Source of the DNA: Pirellulales bacterium
Lineage (GTDB): Bacteria; Planctomycetota; Planctomycetia; Pirellulales; PALSA-1355
Assembly (NCBI GenBank): GCA_963733035.1
Contig: CAVTBU010000005.1
Location: 2,464,001-2,528,000 of the forward strand
Length of the DNA stretch: 64,000 bases
Direction: 5' to 3'
In this document: positions 11,597 to 20,056 of the stretch, piece after piece
How positions within the stretch are numbered: position 1 is the first letter of the stretch
Layout: every line of letters begins with the position of its first letter
Program-made: the position numbers and the translations under genes
Notes under the pieces: generated by a model
What the model was told of the DNA's origin: nothing
Database searches by the model: none
The model's input: the letters and a program-made list of their open reading frames with translations, nothing else

Positions 11597-12145
11597 TTAC
11601 GAACCGGTCGATGGCTTCGACGTTTCTACGTCCGACATCGCCTTGCCGATCTGCGACGAGCGCAGCCGTCCGATTTCCCCGTCGGGCGACACCGCCATCC
11701 AATAAACCCAGTACTCGTGGAGATTCTCCGAATCCGGGGCCAATTGGACGACGATCTCCGGTGAGGAGCCAATTCGCACTTCGTGACGTGCGCCGGGGTG
11801 CGAGTGGTGTGCCGCGATGAAGCGGACCTTAGCCAGTTCTTCGAGGATTGCGCGCGGACGGCGGGCTCGCTGGCCATCGACAGATACGGTTGATCGATCG
11901 TTCGTTGCCCGCATGAGCCGGGCGCGCATCAGATACCTGGCATAGGCATTCGTCGTTTCGATGCCAATTGCGATCAGCAGCGCCGTCGTGAGCAACCAGG
12001 CGAAAATCAGGCGACTCCAGAATCGGTGGCGATGGCTGGGCGGAAGCGCTCGTGGACGAAAATTCGGTACCCACCAGATCACGGCGAAAATCAACACCGC
12101 GCTACCAACCGCGCACGCGATCAGAATGGCATTGTGCACGCTCAT
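11597..12145 (-). CDS. Hypothetical membrane protein
   Basis: 182-aa ORF with two hydrophobic segments; fills the gap between a terminator and the DUF1501 gene. Confidence 0.6.
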   Translation of the reverse strand: MSVHNAILIACAVGSAVLIFAVIWWVPNFRPRALPPSHRHRFWSRLIFAWLLTTALLIAIGIETTNAYARYLMRARLMRATNDRSTVSVDGQRARRPRAILEELAKVRFIAAHHSHPGARHEVRIGSSPEIVVQLAPDSENLHEYWVYWMAVSPDGEIGRLRSSQIGKAMSDVETSKPSTGS

Positions 12146-12172
12146 GCCGGCAGAATTGCTCCGGGGCGAAAC

Positions 12173-12213
12173 AAAAAACGGGGATGCAACTCGCTCTCAG
12201 AGTTGCACCCCCG
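12173..12213 (-). terminator. Intrinsic terminator of the molybdoenzyme operon
   Basis: Minus strand reads CGGGGGTGCAACTC-TGAGAGC-GAGTTGCATCCCCG-TTTTTT. Confidence 0.85.
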
Positions 12214-12252
12214 ACCATTCTACAGAATGCCGAGATATTCCGCGTGCCGTGC

Positions 12253-12489
12253 TTACAACACTGCTTCGTAACAGGTGCGGGCACTGTTGCAGCCGCGGCG
12301 TTCGACGAGCTGATCGTCGGGACCGAGGATGTGCAGCGTGTGGTTGCACCAGCAGTGGCCGCTGCCCATGGCGTCCATTTCCGGCGGCGGCTCCATTTGG
12401 CCGGCGACATAGATCGCCTTGGAACGCATGTGCCGACAGATCGGCTGGACCGGCCCGGCTTCTTCATCAAACGATCGGCTATATGCCAT
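12253..12489 (-). CDS. Small Cys/His-rich hypothetical protein (78 aa)
   Basis: CRHMRSK...HCWCNHT...GPDD...C...R.CYE, with GAGGAG upstream. Lies between the FAD subunit gene and the terminator. Confidence 0.8.
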   Translation of the reverse strand: MAYSRSFDEEAGPVQPICRHMRSKAIYVAGQMEPPPEMDAMGSGHCWCNHTLHILGPDDQLVERRGCNSARTCYEAVL

Positions 12490-12565
12490 GAGGTGACTCC
12501 TCGTTAATTCAACGTTTCAGGGTGCATGCCGCAGATCCCCCCGCCAAAGCCGGGGGCTGACGTGA

Positions 12566-13557
12566 TTACGACAACCCTCCGGTTTCGAGTCCGGCGGCCA
12601 GCAGCAGGGCCCGCTTCACCGAGACTTTGGCCAATTGAACTTTGTACTCGTTGTGCGACAGCGGCGTGGCCACGCTCACGGCGGCCTGGCCGGCGGCTTC
12701 GGCCGTTTCGTGCGTGACGGGACGGCCGACAATCGTTTCGGCCGCTTCGCGCGAAATCCAGGGCGTCGGCGCCACCTGGCCGAGCACAACGCGGGCTTCG
12801 CGAACCACGCCCCGCTCGACAAGGATCGAAGCCGCCGCGGCCACCAGCGGATACTCGGGACCGACGCCGTGACGTACCTCGTACGACGCGCTGGTGCGCC
12901 CCTCGGGATGCGGCAAAACGATCTGCGAGACGAACTGGTTCGGCTCCAGCATGTGTTCGCGCTCGCGCTCGCTCTTGGGCGTGCGGTAGAACACCTCGAG
13001 CGGCATCAGCGTTTCGTCGGCCGGATTGGGACCCACGATCTTCACCCGGGCATCGAGCGCGACCAGTGCCGGCGCCAGCGCGAGGGACAGACGAACTTTG
13101 CCGCTCCGGCGTTGCCAAAGATGGCATGGAAGCGGTTGTCCCCCTCGACCACCGCCCGACCGCGGTCGGCCAGCAGTCCGCCGTTGTCGCGGAAGAACCA
13201 GCAGCGCGGCCGCTGGCAAAGTTCGCCCCCCAGGGTGCTTTGCGAACGCAGTTGCTGGCTGGCAATCTCGCCGATGGCCTGGCGAATGGACGGGTAGAAC
13301 TCAGACACTGGATTGTCGGCCAGGTCCTCAAGCGTGACCATCGCGCCGATGCGGACGGCCACCGAGTCGGCTTCGATCGTCTTGAGCGAGTCGACGCGAT
13401 TCAAGCTGACCACGCGATCGGGTGTGACGATCATTTTCTTCATTAAACCGATCAGGTCGGTTCCGCCAGCCAGAACTTCGCTCCGGCCGCGTTCGGCCGC
13501 GAGCAATTCCAGGGCTTCCTGCTCGGTACGGGGCGACGCATATTCAAAGGCTTTCAT
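12566..13557 (-). CDS. Xanthine dehydrogenase family FAD-binding subunit (YagS/PaoB-like); apparent frameshift near 13080
   Basis: MKAFEYASP, LAGGTDLIGLMK, QLRSQSTLGGELCQRPRCWFFR. The C-terminal half (ARVVLGQVAPTPW, ATPLSHNEYKV) is in ORF 12566..13219. Confidence 0.9.
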
Positions 13558-15761
13558 CAGGCATTCCTCGCTTGCAATTGCAATGTGTCCAGAACCCGCT
13601 TGGGTGTCATCGGCAACACCGGCACCCGAATGCCCAGGGCATTGGCCACGGCATTCGAAATCGCCGCGCCGGGGCTGATTACCGGCGGCTCGCCCAAGCC
13701 GATTACGCCGCGTTCGCGCTCGCTCTCGGGCTCATAGATTTCCACCACGAGCTCGCCGACGTCACCCAACCGCGGCAAGCGGTAGTCGGCGATTTCGGCA
13801 TTGAGGAACGCGCCGGAGCGGGGATCCATGATCCGTTCCTCGAACAGTGAGTAGGCGATGCCCATGATCATGGCACCGTAGATCTGGCTCGACGCCGTCT
13901 TGCGGTTGACCACCAGGCCCATGTCCTGCACGGCGACGAACTTCTTCATCTTGATCTGGCCGGTCTCACGGTCGACCTCGACTTCAGCCATTTGCACGCC
14001 CGCGACGCCCGAGCTCGAAAGCTTCGAGTTCCGACCCGGCTGGCCGCGGCCGGTGACTTCCAACGGGCTCATGCCCAACAGGCTGCAAGCTTCTTTCCAG
14101 CTCAACCCCTTATCGGGATCGTCCTTGACGAAGATGCGGCCCCCCTTGGCAACCAGCGATTCGGCCGGCACGCCCAGCTTCGAGGCCACCTTTTCGTTCA
14201 GTTGGGCCAGCGCGTCGAGCCCCGTGCGGCGATTCGACTCGCTGACGCCGCCAACCGTGGTGCTGCCGCCCGAGGGTCCGGAGGCCGGGTACTTCGAGCT
14301 GCCAATGTTGACTTTGATGGCCTCGACCGGCAGGCCAAATGTTTCGGCCAGCACGATGGCAATCACGGTGCGGGTGCCGGTGCCGAGGTCCTGGCTGCCC
14401 AGGAACGTTTCGACGCCGCCGTCGGGATGGATCTTCACCATACAGGTCGACGGATGTCCGCCGCCGCCCCACGTGTGGATGGCCATACCCAGTCCATCGA
14501 CGACCGAGCCGCGTTTGTCGCCCTTGCCGTGGGGATGCCATTTAGCTTTCCAGTCCATCAGCTTGGCAGCGATTTTCATCTCCTCGGCATAGACCTTGCG
14601 CCGATCCTCGTCTTCGACGTTGACCAGGTTCCGCTCGAAGACGTCATAGCTATCCAAGCCGAGCTTGGCCGCGACGTCGTCGATCGACGTTTGGGTCATG
14701 GCACACCCTTGCGGATGGTTCGGAGCCCGCCAGGCCCGCACCGGTGCCGTGTTGATCTTCACGTTCGTACCGCGACGACGATAGTTGGGAGGAACGATCA
14801 CGTACGGGATCACCGACTGGTTAACCGGCGCGCCGCCGAATCCGCCGGCACTCCAGAAGTGGGTATCCCAGACCTTGATCACGCCATCCTTGTCGGCGCC
14901 CACCTTTGACAGGGCGTAGCCCGAGGGACGCGAACCGGCGTTCTTCAGTTCCAGGTCGCGATCGAGCATCAGTTTGACCGGTCGGCCCAGTTCCTTCGAG
15001 AGCTGCGCGGCCAGCGAATCCCAGCGGTCCACGGCAAACTTGCTGCCGAAGCCTCCGCCGATGTAGTCGCAGTGCACGGTGACGTCGTCGGCCGTCACCT
15101 TGAGCGGCGCGGCGAACTGGCCGGGCGTGCCCGAGACGTTTTGCGTCGAGAGGTGGGCGGTGAGCTTGCCGTCTTTAAAATCGCAGGTCGAGCCGTGCGG
15201 TTCGAGGCACATGTGCGTGATGGCCGAGATGCCATAGAGGCCCTCGACCACGGCCGCCGATTCCTTGAACAGCCGCTCCAGTTCCTTGTCCTCAAAATCG
15301 TTTTCCTCGTCATCGCCGGGCTCGCGCTCGAGCTGCACCTTGCCGCCGGCCTTGGCCGTGCGGCCGGCCGCTTCGGCGGCTTCGAGGTCGTCGTCCGCGA
15401 CAAACACGTCCAGCGGCTCATAGGTCGCGGCAACGGCCGCCAGGCCTTCGGCCACGGCGCCTTCGGTTTCGCCAACCACGACGGCGATCAGATCGCCCTG
15501 CCACTGGATTTCATCGCCGACCTTCTTCATTTCGCGCACGGCCACCACGCCGGACACCTGCTCGGCCTTGCTGAGATCCAGCGACTTGATCTTGCAGTGA
15601 GCGTGGGGGCAACCCAGCGCGCGGCCGATCAGCACTTTGTCGGGGTTGATGTCGTAGCTGTATTTGGCGGTGCCGGTGCACTTGGCGACGCCGTCGATCT
15701 TGTCGAAGCTGCCACCGAGTACCGAGGAGTCCTTTTTATCGGGCCACACGTATTCAACCAT
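13557..15761 (-). CDS. Xanthine dehydrogenase family molybdopterin-binding subunit
   Basis: TGTAKYSYD, HMCLEPH, GGGFGSK, WRAP, QDLGTGTRT, SGGSTT and GLGEPP...AAISNAV.NA.G. Confidence 0.95.
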   Translation of the reverse strand: MVEYVWPDKKDSSVLGGSFDKIDGVAKCTGTAKYSYDINPDKVLIGRALGCPHAHCKIKSLDLSKAEQVSGVVAVREMKKVGDEIQWQGDLIAVVVGETEGAVAEGLAAVAATYEPLDVFVADDDLEAAEAAGRTAKAGGKVQLEREPGDDEENDFEDKELERLFKESAAVVEGLYGISAITHMCLEPHGSTCDFKDGKLTAHLSTQNVSGTPGQFAAPLKVTADDVTVHCDYIGGGFGSKFAVDRWDSLAAQLSKELGRPVKLMLDRDLELKNAGSRPSGYALSKVGADKDGVIKVWDTHFWSAGGFGGAPVNQSVIPYVIVPPNYRRRGTNVKINTAPVRAWRAPNHPQGCAMTQTSIDDVAAKLGLDSYDVFERNLVNVEDEDRRKVYAEEMKIAAKLMDWKAKWHPHGKGDKRGSVVDGLGMAIHTWGGGGHPSTCMVKIHPDGGVETFLGSQDLGTGTRTVIAIVLAETFGLPVEAIKVNIGSSKYPASGPSGGSTTVGGVSESNRRTGLDALAQLNEKVASKLGVPAESLVAKGGRIFVKDDPDKGLSWKEACSLLGMSPLEVTGRGQPGRNSKLSSSGVAGVQMAEVEVDRETGQIKMKKFVAVQDMGLVVNRKTASSQIYGAMIMGIAYSLFEERIMDPRSGAFLNAEIADYRLPRLGDVGELVVEIYEPESERERGVIGLGEPPVISPGAAISNAVANALGIRVPVLPMTPKRVLDTLQLQARNA

Positions 15762-16374
15762 TGCCGCCTCCTTTCACCACGTCGAGGACCGCCGGAATGA
15801 TGTTGGCGTAGGTGCCGCAGCGACACAGGTTGCCATTCAAGCCTGCACGAATTTCTTCTTCGGTTGCCTTGGGATGCCTGGCCAGGAATGCCTTGACCGC
15901 CATCACGAACCCCGGCGTGCAAAAACCGCACTGCGAAGCATCGTGATGTACGAACGACTCGGGCACCGGATCGACCTTGTCGCCAGAGAGCAGGCTCTCG
16001 ACCGTCACGATCTGTTTGCCGACACAGTCCATCGCCAGCACGCTGTTGGCGCTGACCGGCTTGTTGTCGACCAGTACGGTGCTGCCGCCGCTGGAACCGT
16101 CGACGCTGATCGGCTTGGCACCGGTCAGGTTCAGGCCATAGCGGAGGGCTTCGAGCAGCGTCGAGCGCGGCTCGACTTCGACCTTGTGCGGCTTGCCGTT
16201 GACGTTGAGCGTAATCGTGGTCGCGTCGGCGACCAGCGTCGCGCCTTGCGCTTCGGCTTCGAGCCCCGGTGCGCCGGCGATCGCCGTGGCGGCAGCGGCA
16301 GCTCCGGAGCCCTTCAAAAATGCGCGGCGGCTAAAACCGGATTTGCCGTGCGCCGGATGCTCGGGCATACTCAT
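15754..16374 (-). CDS. (2Fe-2S)-binding subunit with Tat signal; N-terminal cluster motif degenerate
   Basis: SRRAFLK Tat motif and EPRSTLLEALR. The C-terminal QCGFCTPG...GNLCRCGTY motif is intact; the N-terminal motif reads ISVDGSSGGSTV with no Cys. Confidence 0.92.
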   Translation of the reverse strand: MSMPEHPAHGKSGFSRRAFLKGSGAAAAATAIAGAPGLEAEAQGATLVADATTITLNVNGKPHKVEVEPRSTLLEALRYGLNLTGAKPISVDGSSGGSTVLVDNKPVSANSVLAMDCVGKQIVTVESLLSGDKVDPVPESFVHHDASQCGFCTPGFVMAVKAFLARHPKATEEEIRAGLNGNLCRCGTYANIIPAVLDVVKGGGNG

Positions 16375-16615
16375 GCGAGAGACCCCCTTGCGAATGATTG
16401 GGGATGAGAAACGGTAATTTGCGTGGAGTTTTCGGACCAAAAGTCCAGCAGTGTTATAAGGCCGCACAGAGCGCGAATCAAGCGCGCGACCGCGAGACGA
16501 ACGGATTCTTGGCCGGAACTGCCCCGCCGCTGGCGATCGCTAGACAAGGCGGCGAAAAAACGAGTGATTATGGACCGGCTGGGGGCAAGATTCGTTCGCG
16601 CGATCGCGCAGGCCG

Positions 16616-17151
16616 TCAAGGCTCGAAAACTTCCTCGACTGGCCGCTCGCGGAGCCGCGTTTCGCCCTGGCAGCACTCACAGGGCTTGAGAATGTACATC
16701 GGAATGGCACAAATGTCGCACCAATAGTCGACTTCCACCAGACCCTTCTCGGTCGGTCGGCGAATCCGAATCACTTGGATCAGCGGCACCTTGGCATACC
16801 GCCGCACCAGCAGTTCGACTTCCATGCCGCGCAACCGCTCGTCGACGACGAACAGCGCCCCCGCGTGTCGGGCACCAGCGGCCAAAGCCGGCCGTCGGCC
16901 ATCTCCAACACCACCTGTGTATGCGCGGCGTCGGGCTCGGTGGTAATGCCATAGAGTCGCTCGAGCGCCTCGTCGAGCCATACCACCTTGCCGCGCAGCG
17001 ACTCGGTCTGGTACTCGGGCTCCGCGTTCGGCGACGCGACTTGGTTCGCGTCTGGCTTCTCCGGCAGCGGCGTTTTGTCAGCCGCCACGCAAGGCAGGTC
17101 GATCAACGATAAGGCGAGCAGGAACATCACAATCAGAAATGCCGATCTCAT
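16616..17151 (-). CDS. Exported hypothetical protein with C-terminal CxxC...CxCC motif; apparent frameshift near 16860
   Basis: Signal peptide MRSAFLIVMFLLALSL. ORFs 16780..17253 and 16616..16981 join at a G5 run. Ends YWCDICAIPMYILKPCECCQG. Confidence 0.7.
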
Positions 17152-17341
17152 CGGGTGCCATGCTTGCGCTTCGCAAGCATGCGGCCAGCGCGGCTCTGAG
17201 ACCGCGTTTGAATCTCGGTTGAGTTTCGTCGACATCAACATCAATCTTGTCACGCGTACCTATCGGAATGCTTGCGAAGCGCAAACATGACACCCGGCGC
17301 AACGCCGCTCAAATACTAGCGATGGATCTCAGCCCCGCGAT

Positions 17342-17995
17342 TTACTCGTCGGCCGTGCCCACGACGATCACTTCGATTGGCAACTTGCCGCCGTTGCCGG
17401 GGAGCCGCGCGGCCCACCACTCCGGCTCTTCGATGTGCCGCATGGCCGGCGCTTTGCCTTCGGCCGGCTTGAGCAGCGGCATGATCGCCGGGTGCGTTGA
17501 TTCGGCCGCTTCGGCACTCGTGGCGAAAAAGTCGGTGCCGGGCTTGGTGGCCGGATCGGTATCGGCCTCGGCCGGCAACATCAGCAAAAAGTCGCGAGTG
17601 TCGAACGTGCCAATATGGTTGCCGTCGACCGGTTGTTGCCCGTACCGAAGCGTGTACGTGCCGCGGGCGATTTCCTGGCCGCGAAAGTCGGCCCCCTTGC
17701 GCGGGAACTTGAGCGCGCCCACCAGCGAGCCCGGCTCGAGCGGATAAAGCACCGAGAGAGTTGGCTCGAAATCAGGCTTGGTGGCCAACTCCTTGGCCAG
17801 CCAGATCTCGACCACTGCCTTGCCGTCTTCGCCAATGATTTTGTAGCCCGAGGGATCGAGCTTCGCGACCATGTCGGCCGCCAGGTCGTCGGCCGGCGGT
17901 CCGTCGTCCAATTTTTCGATACGATAAGCGTCCGCCGCCAGAGCCAATTGGCCCCACAACATCATCGCCGCCACCGCGGCCAGCCACTTGGTCAT
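17342..17995 (-). CDS. Exported hypothetical protein
   Basis: Signal peptide ending ALA-AD; protein-like core DFRGQEI..GTYTLRYGQQPVDGNHIG...RDFLL. Confidence 0.8.
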   Translation of the reverse strand: MTKWLAAVAAMMLWGQLALAADAYRIEKLDDGPPADDLAADMVAKLDPSGYKIIGEDGKAVVEIWLAKELATKPDFEPTLSVLYPLEPGSLVGALKFPRKGADFRGQEIARGTYTLRYGQQPVDGNHIGTFDTRDFLLMLPAEADTDPATKPGTDFFATSAEAAESTHPAIMPLLKPAEGKAPAMRHIEEPEWWAARLPGNGGKLPIEVIVVGTADE

Positions 17996-18227
17996 AATCG
18001 TTCGTGCTCCACTGAGTTGGTTGGTCGCGAATCAAAGTCGCCAAATACAGTCAGCCAGCAAAGGCGGAGGAGCCCTTCGATGGCATCACGATTATAGGGC
18101 GCGCGACGGGCGAGTGGCAAAACGGGCGGAAAAACCGGCTAAGAATCAATTTGCCGTGGACGTCGGCACCTCGCGCTGGTCGTGCAGAAAGATGAGTACG
18201 CCAGCGGAAAGGTGAGGCTTTAGAGCC

Positions 18228-18947
18228 TCAAGACACGGCGCGTGGGCGAGGTTTTCGAGGAAACCGCTCGTTGCGGCATGGCGCAGGTTGGCGGCCCCAT
18301 ATCCCCAGCAGGTCGAGACCAAATGGCCGAGTTCTTGAAGCGATTCGGGAGACGCTTCGCTGATAATGTTCTTGAAAAAAGCGGCTGAACTGCTCCAAGA
18401 CGTCGCGAAACGCGTTTGGATCGGCTGAGTTGCTTAGCCGTTCGATGTCGCCGTGCCAATACTCGCGAAAGGCTGGAAATAGAATCACCAGCCGGTCCAA
18501 GAGCGCACCGGCCGATGACGGCAAGTTAAGCGGCTCCGCTCGGTTCATGAGACTCAGCACATGCATAACACCGCCCACGAAAAAGTAAATGAGCGCCACT
18601 GGAAGCATTGCCGTTTGATGGACATAGCGAGTTAGCCCGAGCAGGGACGTTAATGCGCCGGCGACATAAAAGAACGTCGGGCGAGGAGGGCGGCCTGTGC
18701 GTACTCCCCAAGCAATGGACCAGAGAATGTACGTGAGCACCGGATATGCAAGCATCGCGATCGACAATTCGAACCACCACGTGCGGTTGAGATAATAATC
18801 CCAGGTCCAGTGAATCGCAGGCGGCAAGATCAACTCCGTAACACATCCGATCGCCGGAACTGCGGCAGCAACGCCCAGGAGAATGAACAGCCACGAACAC
18901 AAGATTCGCCCACATCGCTCCCATCGACTTGGCTGTGACGATTTCAT
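18228..18947 (-). CDS. Hypothetical membrane protein; 3' end uncertain (probable frameshift near 18360)
   Basis: Four hydrophobic segments and a GGGAG RBS. An alternative frame after EHYQ reads EASPESLQELGHLV...GFLENLAH...LKPHLS. Confidence 0.55.
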   Translation of the reverse strand: MKSSQPSRWERCGRILCSWLFILLGVAAAVPAIGCVTELILPPAIHWTWDYYLNRTWWFELSIAMLAYPVLTYILWSIAWGVRTGRPPRPTFFYVAGALTSLLGLTRYVHQTAMLPVALIYFFVGGVMHVLSLMNRAEPLNLPSSAGALLDRLVILFPAFREYWHGDIERLSNSADPNAFRDVLEQFSRFFQEHYQRSVSRIASRTRPFGLDLLGIWGRQPAPCRNERFPRKPRPRAVS

Positions 18948-19070
18948 GGTAACCGCTCCCACAACGGCCACAGGATTGCAATTGAACCCGTCTGTCGACG
19001 GACGGTCGGGTGAGCGTTTTCGGGATTGCTACTAAAGCGAATCCCACTTCTGCAGTCTATCAAACCGCGC

Positions 19071-19102
19071 AAAAAGAAAGCCGCCTCACCGGGCGGCTCT
19101 CT
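19071..19102 (-). terminator. Intrinsic terminator
   Basis: Minus strand hairpin AGCCGCC-CGGTGA-GGCGGCT followed by TTCTTTTT, about 20 bp after the 19124 stop. Confidence 0.75.
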
Positions 19103-19123
19103 GTCAAATTCTAATCGCGGCGC

Positions 19124-19792
19124 CTAGTACGAAAAGCTCGCCAGAAACGCGCTGCGCGTGCCGGGGTTCGACCACTTGGTTCCCAGCGCCGGGCCGTTGA
19201 AATTGCCCACTTCCGTGTAGGCCGGCGTGGCGTTTTTCACTTCGTTGAGCGGCGGGTAGAACGTCACCTCGTTCGAGCAGACGCAGTCCCCCTTCTTTAG
19301 CTGACGGGTCGTGATCTCGGCCAGCTTGCCGGCCTTGAGCATGCCCACCGCGGCGAAGTGGTCGGCCGTCATCTCGATCGGTGCCGAGACGACCTTCACG
19401 ATCTTGCCCGAGTGCTTGGCATAGCGCGAGGCGAACGCCACCAGCGCATCATGCTGCTCGGGAGTCGCCTTGCGGTCGACAATCACCAGCGAGCGGATGT
19501 TTTGCGGGTTGATCTTCAGCGTGCCGCCGAAGCCCAGGGTGTCGGTGGCCGTGGTGACGACGACGACTTTCAGGCCGGCCAGTTCCACGCCGTCATAGCT
19601 GCCGCGCTCGATGTTCCAGGCCATCATCGCATCGTTGCCCGACAGGCCCACCTGGCCGTTGGCAAAGCAGGGGCCGGTATAGACGTCGCAAGTGCGGGTT
19701 TCCAGATAGTCTCCCTTGAGGCCATCGGCTGACGAAACCGGAGCATGAGCCAGCGCGGCCAGGGCGCACACGGTGCTAAGAAAGCGAAGCAT
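19124..19792 (-). CDS. Exported DUF1326-like protein
   Basis: AAGGAG RBS and signal peptide, then GDYLETRTCDVYTGPCFAN, W.IERG.YDGV.L.GL.V and CVCSNE..FYPPL. Confidence 0.75.
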   Translation of the reverse strand: MLRFLSTVCALAALAHAPVSSADGLKGDYLETRTCDVYTGPCFANGQVGLSGNDAMMAWNIERGSYDGVELAGLKVVVVTTATDTLGFGGTLKINPQNIRSLVIVDRKATPEQHDALVAFASRYAKHSGKIVKVVSAPIEMTADHFAAVGMLKAGKLAEITTRQLKKGDCVCSNEVTFYPPLNEVKNATPAYTEVGNFNGPALGTKWSNPGTRSAFLASFSY

Positions 19793-20056
19793 GGCGAAAG
19801 AACTCCTTAAGGCTTGGATCGCTGGGGCGCTCGGCTCGACGGCGAGCCGGATCGCGGCGGTTGCAAGTAGCATTTTAGGAGTGCCCGGCGGCAGGGTCCA
19901 GTTCGTTGAGATCCGTCCGACATTCCCAAAGAAACGGCCGGCTCAGCCGGCAGCAACACAATCACCACCATTTTTCTTGCTTCGCACCCTAATTAATTAC
20001 TAGAATGCCCCTTATTATCGGATACCATTTGCCCCCTCTGTGGAATGGTATGGATC

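Noticed and set aside
16375..16615. Molybdenum cofactor riboswitch upstream of the molybdoenzyme operon
   Set aside because: I could not find the conserved core or a consistent stem arrangement; an Rfam scan would be needed to exclude it formally.
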